DNA of 64,000 nt. It comes from a bacterium (GTDB lineage: Bacteria; Latescibacterota; Latescibacteria; Latescibacterales; Latescibacteraceae). Within the stretch, counting starts at the first letter, position 1. Every line of letters starts with the position of its first letter. The position numbers were made by a program, and so were the translations under genes. Location: NCBI GenBank assembly GCA_021372535.1, contig JAJFUH010000149.1, positions 10,803 to 74,802 on the forward strand, written 5' to 3'. Below, in pieces: positions 17,664 to 25,365 of the stretch. The notes under the pieces are model-generated. The model was not told the DNA's origin and did not search any database. It saw only the letters and a list, made by a program, of their open reading frames with translations.

Positions 17664-19057
17664 TCCATGACATCGGTCAGCGCCCCGTCACCATGCCTGA
17701 GCACCGTGGAAAACACCGCAGGCTCAGGGGCTTCCTTCTCCGCGGCATCAAGAAGAGCCTTCACTGTCTCACCGCTTAATCCTGTCCGCTGCCATTCCTG
17801 ACCGGGAGTACCGGGCGGCAGTTCACGCCCCATATATCGTGCGAGACGGCGGAGTATATCCCCATACGAAAGCGCCCCGCCTGGAGGATCGACCACAGGC
17901 CGCAGCTTCCGTCCATTATACGTGCCTTCCGTTTCAAGCCACAGGGTGGTTGGCAGCGTACAATCGGACACGGCGGTCGTTTTGTTATCAAACGGAGCCC
18001 CGGCAGCGACATACTCCGCTTTTTCGAGCACCGCTGCCACATCACGGCCGGGCATACTCCCGACAATATCTGCGCCGAGCACCAGCAGTACCTTGAGAGC
18101 GCCCCGCTTAACCTCATCGAGCAGTTCTTCCACCGATGCGATTTCCGGTAAAACATCGCATATGCCACGAGCATTACCGTATGTGGTCAGGCACATAAGG
18201 CGCTTGTCGTCGCCCGCAGCCGAAACGACTGCGGCGGCGAGAAAAGCGGTCACCGGATCCTGCGTATCGAGGAGCATAACCGCCGAGGGTGTTTCAATAA
18301 ACTTCTTTGCGGTGCCGACAATGTAAGGGTTTTGAGGATACGGCCGCTCTTTCCTGACTACAGCCTTCCATTCGGGTCCACCCACGCCCGACTCTTCAGC
18401 AACGACACGAAGCAGGTCCGCAAGCGTTTTTCTCTCCGGGCCGGGAATGTGGAGATTCGCGAACCGCGCTGCGGTGTTCCGTTTTTTCGAGATAACGGCT
18501 AAAAGACTGCCTCTCCGTCCATACCGGGTGTTGAGAACCTGACCGGCAATCACCGGCCCGACCTCGAACGGGTCTCCGACAGCGATGATACAGTCTGCCT
18601 CACCGGTGTCGTGCGGTTGAGCCGGAGCACCGGTATATCCCACACCCGCCAGGGCGCGATACACCGCATCATCATTGGTTGAGAAATTCACGGCGATATG
18701 GTTTTCACCGAGGAAAGCATTGCCGAAACTCAGGGCTGTCAGGATGTCCTCTATCGATGCGTCCCCGCTCACGATAAGTCCCGCGGAAGACCCATCCGCG
18801 CGCTGTTTCATGTTCGCGGCAATCATCTCGAAAGCGGTATCCCGTGATATCGTTTTTCCACCGGCGCAGGGTTCGGTGAGACGGTTAGGATGGTTGAGCA
18901 GTTCGAGAATGAAATTCCCTTTGCTGCAGAGGTGTCCTTCACCGACGGCATCACCGGTGTCATATTCGAGATTCACCGCTTCACCATAGAGCGTCTCCAC
19001 GATGAACCCGCATCCCAGTGAACAGAGAAGGCATGTACTCTTATGTTTTTCTCGCAT
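17630..19057 (-). CDS. truncated molybdopterin-oxidoreductase-family (FdhH-like) protein, probably non-catalytic
   Basis: 475 aa. N-terminal MopB 4Fe-4S motif CLLCSLGC...HLCSKG and distal LPTTLWLETEGTYNG motif. No C-terminal MGD-binding domain, and no Cys/Sec at the expected ligand position by my by-eye alignment. Confidence 0.7.
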   Translation of the reverse strand: MREKHKSTCLLCSLGCGFIVETLYGEAVNLEYDTGDAVGEGHLCSKGNFILELLNHPNRLTEPCAGGKTISRDTAFEMIAANMKQRADGSSAGLIVSGDASIEDILTALSFGNAFLGENHIAVNFSTNDDAVYRALAGVGYTGAPAQPHDTGEADCIIAVGDPFEVGPVIAGQVLNTRYGRRGSLLAVISKKRNTAARFANLHIPGPERKTLADLLRVVAEESGVGGPEWKAVVRKERPYPQNPYIVGTAKKFIETPSAVMLLDTQDPVTAFLAAAVVSAAGDDKRLMCLTTYGNARGICDVLPEIASVEELLDEVKRGALKVLLVLGADIVGSMPGRDVAAVLEKAEYVAAGAPFDNKTTAVSDCTLPTTLWLETEGTYNGRKLRPVVDPPGGALSYGDILRRLARYMGRELPPGTPGQEWQRTGLSGETVKALLDAAEKEAPEPAVFSTVLRHGDGALTDVMEWVKLQERIAW

Positions 19058-19078
19058 CTGTTTGCCCGCCTGAGACGA

Positions 19079-19903
19079 TCATATTCCGAACACGTTCGGA
19101 TAATCCTTTATAAGCGCGTAATTGATATCGGGGCCGTCCTTGCAGAGATAGTACGGACCTACATTGCACCGCCCGCATTTCCCCGTCCCGCAGCTCATGC
19201 GGCGGTTCATCGAGAGATATAACTGTTCCGGTTTGTACCCGATATCGAGCAGCTTTTTCGTGACAAACTTGAGCATGATCTCCGGCCCGCACACCACGGC
19301 GTAACTGTCGGGAATGGTGATATCGATATCATCGAGCACCGTGGTCACCACACCGACATGGCCATCCCACCCCGGAGCACCGGCATCCACTGTGGGAGTG
19401 AAGCTCACCCGGTCTATCGCCGACCACTCGCTGTACGAATCCCTGTATACGAGATCTGCCGGAGATTTTGCCCCGTATTTTATGGACACACGCTTGAACT
19501 TTTCCATATTCTCGAACAGCACGTATAAAAGCGACCGCAACGGCGCGAGTCCGCATCCCCCGCCAACAACAAGCACTTCACTGCCCTCGAGCTTGTCGAG
19601 CGGATACCCCTTGCCGAACGGCCCGCGGAGTCCGACCGGGTCGCCTGCCTTGAGTTTGTGGAGCTCCTCCGTCACCCTGCCCATTTTCAGGATGGTGAAA
19701 TCGAGTGTTTCGAGCCTGCTTGGTGATGAGGAAGGAGTAAAAGGCGCCTCTCCGACTCCCGGCATGGTCAGCTGCATGAACTGGCCCGACCTGAAGGGGA
19801 TTTGCTGTTCCGGTTTCACAATAATGGTTTTAATGGTCGGGGTTTCATCGATAACCCGCACCACCGTTCCACTAGCCGGCATATAGGGATTGATATCACT
19901 CAT
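19079..19903 (-). CDS. AsrB / HydG(gamma)-like FAD/NAD(P)-binding 2Fe-2S oxidoreductase
   Basis: 274 aa. FNR-like fold signatures (RSGQFMQL, VVGGGCGLAPLRSL) and C-terminal CGTGKCGRCN. Confidence 0.8.
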   Translation of the reverse strand: MSDINPYMPASGTVVRVIDETPTIKTIIVKPEQQIPFRSGQFMQLTMPGVGEAPFTPSSSPSRLETLDFTILKMGRVTEELHKLKAGDPVGLRGPFGKGYPLDKLEGSEVLVVGGGCGLAPLRSLLYVLFENMEKFKRVSIKYGAKSPADLVYRDSYSEWSAIDRVSFTPTVDAGAPGWDGHVGVVTTVLDDIDITIPDSYAVVCGPEIMLKFVTKKLLDIGYKPEQLYLSMNRRMSCGTGKCGRCNVGPYYLCKDGPDINYALIKDYPNVFGI

Positions 19904-20978
19904 GCTTTGTCCCGGTTTCTATCGTTTCAGTGTCGAGTGCTTTGAGCACTTTTCTCATGTCGATTTTACCCATGCATCCTTCGATACACCGCCCGCAGCC
20001 CGTACAGGCCTCGAATCCGAAATTTTTCGGGTAATACTCGAGCTTGTGCAGATAACGGTGACGGAAACGCTCCATGAGACCGAGGCGGGGCGAGCTGCCT
20101 CCGGCCATCCGTGAAAAACCGGCATAAATACATACATCCCATTCCTTGACCCGCTCGAATCCACCCCTGTTGCTTTTCTGGTCGTACAGGAGAAAACAGT
20201 GGCAGGTCGGGCAGGAAAAAAGACACGCCCCGCATTCGACGCATGTGCGTACATGCCCGAACCAGGAATCGCTTTCACGCTGAATCGCGAGGAGTTCGGG
20301 AAAACTCTTCGAGAGTGAGTAATCGCCGTTCTGCCGCTCAACGATACGGGTTGTTTCCGAACGCTGATCATCCCGTGCGCGGAGCAGGTTTTCTCCGGGC
20401 GCCGAAAAAAGCGGGGAATTCTTCCTCACTACCTCGCTGCCTTTTTCGGAACCGGTTTCGATAAGGTATCCCCCTTCGACAGCGCTCATATTGAGATCGA
20501 AGCCTGTCTTCGGATAAGGAGCATTCCCAAGCTGCGTACAGAAACAGGCCGACCGCGGATTTACACAGTCAGCGGTTATGATGAATGTATTATTTCTCCG
20601 CTCACGGTAAAAGATATCGGTAAAGGCTTCATCGAGGAACACGGCATCGAGCGATCGCAGTGAAACGGCATCACAGGCCGCCGCACCCACAATAATGGTC
20701 TTTTCCCGCGCGAAATCCGGGGCAGGCTGATTCCCGGAAGGATACTCGGCCACCTTCACCCGGCCTTTGAACAGAAACGACTTGATCGGCTGTGCGGGAC
20801 GGTAACCACGGAAGATAAACGGTTTTCCGGGAGACCAGGGCTCGTAGAAATAGGACTCTTCACCCTCACGGCTCAGTGCGGGATAAGGCGCGAATACCCG
20901 AGCCCCGGAATTTAATGTCTCAAGGAACCGCCCGAAATCGCTTTCACTGATAAACGATACCCGATTGTTATCGTTCAT
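19896..20978 (-). CDS. AsrA / HydB(beta)-like 4Fe-4S protein
   Basis: 360 aa. CVECGACLFSCPTCHC and CTGCGRCIEGC motifs. Overlaps the downstream gene by 8 nt. Confidence 0.75.
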   Translation of the reverse strand: MNDNNRVSFISESDFGRFLETLNSGARVFAPYPALSREGEESYFYEPWSPGKPFIFRGYRPAQPIKSFLFKGRVKVAEYPSGNQPAPDFAREKTIIVGAAACDAVSLRSLDAVFLDEAFTDIFYRERRNNTFIITADCVNPRSACFCTQLGNAPYPKTGFDLNMSAVEGGYLIETGSEKGSEVVRKNSPLFSAPGENLLRARDDQRSETTRIVERQNGDYSLSKSFPELLAIQRESDSWFGHVRTCVECGACLFSCPTCHCFLLYDQKSNRGGFERVKEWDVCIYAGFSRMAGGSSPRLGLMERFRHRYLHKLEYYPKNFGFEACTGCGRCIEGCMGKIDMRKVLKALDTETIETGTKHE

Positions 20979-20999
20979 TGTCTTCCTCGTGAGTTGTAC

Positions 21000-22139
21000 T
21001 TATCTGTTTTCCCCGCATGACTGTTTTTTCGGCAGATGTACGGTAAAGCTTGTTCCAACATCGATCTGGCTTTCCACGCTGATATAGCCTTTGTGCGCAT
21101 CGACTATTTTTTTCACGATGGCAAGTCCCAGACCCGTACCCGTATCGCCGGTCAGTTGCCGTGTCTTTTCGCTCCGTGTCCGGACCCTGAAAAATTCATC
21201 GAATATGAACGGCAGGCTTTCCTGTGGTATACCGATCCCGGTATCCGCGATCTGTATCTGTATACAATCGCCCACGTCACATGCCTTCGTTGTTATTTTT
21301 CCGCCCTCACGGTTATATTTAATGGCATTGGAGTACAGATTCATGAACAGGTGGACAAGCGCTTCGCCGTTACCATTAAACATCGGCAGATCACCGGGCA
21401 TAACGAATTCGAGGGCAATTTTCTTTTCATCAGCCTGAACGCGGACAAGCTCGAGTGATTCGTCCAGAATCGACCGGAGCTGCACTTCATCCATTTTTTC
21501 AAGGATTGTCGAATTCTGTATTCTGGCCATGCTGAGCCACTCGTTGACTAGAGAAAGGAGCCATTCGATACGCCGTCTGCACTGCGAGAGAATTTCGCCC
21601 TGTTTCTGCTGGAGCTCGCCGGCAATCCCTTCGAGAAGAACCTCAATATATTGTTCCACAGCAACAAGCGGACTCCGCATCTCATGAGTAATGATTGAAA
21701 CAAAATTTTCCTTCAACCGTGCGTTTTCCTCCTGAAGACGGAGCGTCTCGACAAGGAGATGCCGTTTTTCCAGCCCGCGCCGGACAATCATCCGCAATTC
21801 ATCAGGGGTAAAAGGTTTCGGCAGAAAATCTGAGGCGCCGAGCTTCATTGCCTCTACCGCCGATTCAACCGTCGCATACCCCGTTATAACAACCGTCACG
21901 ATCGTTTTATCGATTGCGGCAATTTCCTGGAGAATATCGATTCCGCTTTTCCCGGGCATTTTGAGGTCAAGGAGCACGAGGTCCGGCCTGGCTTCTCTGA
22001 CAAGACTCATTCCGCGCTCACCATTAGACGCCGAAAGAATCGCATATCCTCCGCGGCTGAGAATCTGTGTGCATGAATCATGCATGGTTTCCTCATCATC
22101 GATGATGAGAATGACCGGCGACTTTTTTTTCCCATTCAT
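21000..22139 (-). CDS. hybrid response-regulator receiver / histidine kinase
   Basis: 379 aa. N-terminal receiver (IIDDEE, VLLDLKMPG, LPKPF), coiled linker, H-box ITHEMRSPL, then HATPase motifs (NAIKYN, DTGIGI, GTGLGLAI). Confidence 0.85.
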   Translation of the reverse strand: MNGKKKSPVILIIDDEETMHDSCTQILSRGGYAILSASNGERGMSLVREARPDLVLLDLKMPGKSGIDILQEIAAIDKTIVTVVITGYATVESAVEAMKLGASDFLPKPFTPDELRMIVRRGLEKRHLLVETLRLQEENARLKENFVSIITHEMRSPLVAVEQYIEVLLEGIAGELQQKQGEILSQCRRRIEWLLSLVNEWLSMARIQNSTILEKMDEVQLRSILDESLELVRVQADEKKIALEFVMPGDLPMFNGNGEALVHLFMNLYSNAIKYNREGGKITTKACDVGDCIQIQIADTGIGIPQESLPFIFDEFFRVRTRSEKTRQLTGDTGTGLGLAIVKKIVDAHKGYISVESQIDVGTSFTVHLPKKQSCGENR

Positions 22140-22294
22140 GCTTTTTTCAGGTGCACCGTTAAAAAAGCTTTATGCTATGATCCCGGAATCGAACGTTCCG
22201 GTTCACACCTGCATGAGTGCAGGATATCCGTGTCGAACAGTCAATTTTATATTAGGAAACTAACAATGAAGAAAAACGATGTTTTATGTTGATA

Positions 22295-22309
22295 GCAAAT
22301 TTAATGCCC
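22295..22309 (-). promoter_or_regulatory. candidate sigma-54 (-24/-12) promoter
   Basis: The minus strand reads GGGCATTAAATTTGCT. GG and GC are at the consensus spacing (TGGCACG-N4-TTGCW) and TTGCT is an exact -12 match. It lies about 155 nt upstream of the first operon gene and directly downstream of a sigma-54 activator gene. Confidence 0.45.
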
Positions 22310-22462
22310 GGAAGGAGTATCGATGGGTATGGAATATTTAATTTAAATATTTTTATGAAGTTAATATTGTTTATATGCGGATATGCAGGTCTTTGATTGA
22401 CCGGAAAAACCGAGTATTAATTCCACAATGATGGGGAATTATTCCTCGCTCGGTACAGTGTT

Positions 22463-23824
22463 CTACTGTGTGTTGATGTCGTACCGGTTTATCTTGTTTC
22501 TCAATGTCTTACGGTCTATACCAAGAACAGAAGCCGTATGGGTAATGTTATACCGGCATTTTCTGAGGGTATTTTCAATATGTACGCGTTCGACATCATC
22601 AAGTTTTGTCAGCTTTTCTTCACGTCTGAGGGATACTGCCCCGCCGGAAAAAACATCCCCGTTTATATAGAAGTGCCGCACTTCTTTCTCATCGCAGAGA
22701 GCGGCCGTACGCTCCATGACATTCTCCAGCTCCCTGACATTGCCGGGCCAGTCATATGACATCATTTCTTTCATGATCCTGTCGGATATCCGTTCCGGAA
22801 GCTGACCGGGCTTCTTCTTCCGGAAGTTTTCGAGAAAATAGTTTGCCAGCACAGGAATATCATCACGGCGCTCACGGAGCGGGGGCAGATGAATGGAAAT
22901 AACATTGAGTCTGAAATAGAGATCTTCCCGAAAATTACCTTCTTTTATTTCATCATCGAGGGAACGGTTTGTGGCCGCAATGATTCTGACATCGACCGGA
23001 ATCATCTGGGAGCTTCCGACCCGTGTGATCTCATGCTCCTGTACTGCCCGTAAAAGCTTGCTCTGCATATGATAGCTCATATTGGCTATTTCATCGAAGA
23101 ACAGCGTTCCCTTGTTTGCCATCTCGAATCGTCCGATCCGGTTATAAAACGCGCCGGTGAACGATCCCCGGACATGTCCGAAAAGCTCGCTTTCGATGAG
23201 TGTATCGGAGAGGCCGCCGGAATCGACCGTGACAAAATTACCGGTCCGCCTCTCGCTGCAGGAATGCAGGGCACGGGCGGTGAGCTCCTTGCCGGTTCCC
23301 GTTTCACCCGTTATAAGCACCGAACAGTCGGACTGGGCCACTTTCTTGATATACTCTTTCAGCCGCGATATCACCGGGCTCTGGGTAATAATGGCATCGG
23401 TTCCCCTGATCGATACCAGTTTCTGCGTATCCAGTTTTTTTAATCCGTCACGGTTGTGTTTCTCAAGGGCCTTGGTGACAACGGTGCGGAGCATGTTGGG
23501 AGTAAACGGTTTCGGTATAAAATCATAAGCGCCCATTTTCAGCACCTTGACCGCCCATTCGACCGTAGGATAGCCTGTCACGACGATAACCGCCGTTTCG
23601 GGGCTTTTTTCACGGATCATCCGCAGAATTTCCAGCCCGTTTATATCGGGCAGTTTCAGATCGAGGATTATGGCATCGAACGAGGACTCCCTGAGGTGGG
23701 TAAGCCCTATGGCGCCATTTTCGGAGAGCCAGACATCACATCCCTTCCGGGAGAGTATCTGGAAACATGAATCCCGCATGACCGGTTCATCATCGATGAC
23801 AAGGATTTTAAACGGCATATTCAT
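22463..23824 (-). CDS. sigma-54-dependent response regulator (NtrC/ZraR family)
   Basis: 453 aa from ATG 23824 (AAGGAGGAG RBS; ATGA overlap with the kinase stop). Receiver domain, AAA+ domain ([14 protein letters not shown]-like SFTGAF, ESELFGH) and a C-terminal HTH. The track ORF's upstream extension to 23929 overlaps the kinase gene. Confidence 0.9.
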   Translation of the reverse strand: MNMPFKILVIDDEPVMRDSCFQILSRKGCDVWLSENGAIGLTHLRESSFDAIILDLKLPDINGLEILRMIREKSPETAVIVVTGYPTVEWAVKVLKMGAYDFIPKPFTPNMLRTVVTKALEKHNRDGLKKLDTQKLVSIRGTDAIITQSPVISRLKEYIKKVAQSDCSVLITGETGTGKELTARALHSCSERRTGNFVTVDSGGLSDTLIESELFGHVRGSFTGAFYNRIGRFEMANKGTLFFDEIANMSYHMQSKLLRAVQEHEITRVGSSQMIPVDVRIIAATNRSLDDEIKEGNFREDLYFRLNVISIHLPPLRERRDDIPVLANYFLENFRKKKPGQLPERISDRIMKEMMSYDWPGNVRELENVMERTAALCDEKEVRHFYINGDVFSGGAVSLRREEKLTKLDDVERVHIENTLRKCRYNITHTASVLGIDRKTLRNKINRYDINTQ

Positions 23825-24870
23825 CCGGTCTCCTCCTTGACAACCAGACGAACCGTGAAAACAGCTCCTCCCCCGTTCCGGTTCTGCACCATGACCGTGC
23901 CGCCGTGACGCTCGATAATGCCATAGCATACAGCCAGTCCGAGTCCGGTGCCGTGTCCCTTCGTTTTTGTCGTAAAGAACGGATCGAATATGCGATCCAT
24001 GTGCTCGGCAGGAATACCGGGGCCGGTGTCCTCGAAAACTATCTCGTTCATCGGAGTATTATCGGGTGCATCATGGATATGCCTGCTCGTGATGGTGAGT
24101 TCTCCGGACCCGTTCATCGCTTCCGCGGCATTCCGTATGATATTCTCAAACACTTCCTGAATCTGCGACGCATCCACGAGCACGCACGGCAGATCCTCAC
24201 CTAAGTGTTCGGTGACGGTAATATGCTCGAAGAGAGGCATTCTCTTCATGTTGTTGAGCGCCTCGGTAACAATGATATTCACATCACAGGGATCGAGCTG
24301 GGGATTGGCCTGGCGGGCGAAATCGAGAAGGCTTTTAACGATGTTCTTGCAGCGGTTGGATTCTCTGATGATTTTGGTAATGTTGGAATACCGCGGATCA
24401 CTCTGATCGGTATCCTCGAGAAGAAGGTGAGAATAGACAATGATTCCGGTAAGCGGGTTGTTGATCTCATGAGCCACTCCCGCGGAAAGCTGGCCGAGCA
24501 TCGCCAGACGCTTGTTTTCGGCGGCGAGCTTCGAGAGTTCCTTGAGCTTTTCATTCTGATCCTGCACGGTTCCCGGTCGGTTCACTTCCCTCGCGGTACG
24601 GACGCTGAGGTCATGTATGGGATCATACATACGCTGCAATTCGGGAAGTTCCTCGCCGGACCGGGAAGGTACTACGGTATTTTTTTTTCTTCCCGGCAAG
24701 AGTATCAGATAAAAATACCCTGCGGAAATGAAAAACAAGAATATAACCACAATCGCTACGCCGGCTATATTGCCCCGGACAAACGACCGGCTGCCAAAGC
24801 GCCCGATAATAATTCCCAGCGCCATGAGCATGAGATAAAGGTAGAGCCTGCTTTCCCGGAAAATTTTCAT
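23821..24870 (-). CDS. membrane sensor histidine kinase
   Basis: 349 aa. Two N-terminal TM segments, H-box AHEINNPLTGI, and HATPase motifs (NAAEAM, DTGPGI, GTGLGLAV). Confidence 0.85.
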   Translation of the reverse strand: MKIFRESRLYLYLMLMALGIIIGRFGSRSFVRGNIAGVAIVVIFLFFISAGYFYLILLPGRKKNTVVPSRSGEELPELQRMYDPIHDLSVRTAREVNRPGTVQDQNEKLKELSKLAAENKRLAMLGQLSAGVAHEINNPLTGIIVYSHLLLEDTDQSDPRYSNITKIIRESNRCKNIVKSLLDFARQANPQLDPCDVNIIVTEALNNMKRMPLFEHITVTEHLGEDLPCVLVDASQIQEVFENIIRNAAEAMNGSGELTITSRHIHDAPDNTPMNEIVFEDTGPGIPAEHMDRIFDPFFTTKTKGHGTGLGLAVCYGIIERHGGTVMVQNRNGGGAVFTVRLVVKEETG

Positions 24871-25365
24871 GGAACAGGTCTGTCTCGATATATAATGATT
24901 ATTTTTTTATAATATCATCTGATGTACTGATATTTCAATATGATATTACCGCCGGTCTATGTCAAATGAAAATATAAAAGGTATCTTTTAGTTTAACTAA
25001 ATGATAATATGATATTTATAAAATTATTATATTTTTTTATATTGTAATTTTACAACATCATATATATTTATATTATCGGTTGATTACCGGAATACAGGAA
25101 GAATAAAAAGTCAGGAACGTAATGTCTTTTTCAAATTATAGCTGTCGTAGTTCAGCTCATATTGACTCTGTAGATGCCATTGTCTGTACCGAATCTATTA
25201 ATGTTTATCACTTGAACTTTAAAAATAAGAAAATATCATCTGTGGTAAAAAAACGGGAACAAAAACCCCGCCAAATTGTCATAATATCTACCGGATTACT
25301 GATAATTAAAATTTTTTACTTTAGTAAATGATACTTGAGCGTTTACAACATAAGGGGAGTCCGGA

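Noticed and set aside
17630-19057. Calling this gene a catalytic formate dehydrogenase, and hence the locus a classical formate hydrogenlyase
   Set aside because: The protein lacks the C-terminal MGD-binding domain and, by eye, the Cys/Sec-His active-site pair. There is no in-frame TGA, and no SECIS-like context was examined. It is kept as an FdhH-like relic instead.
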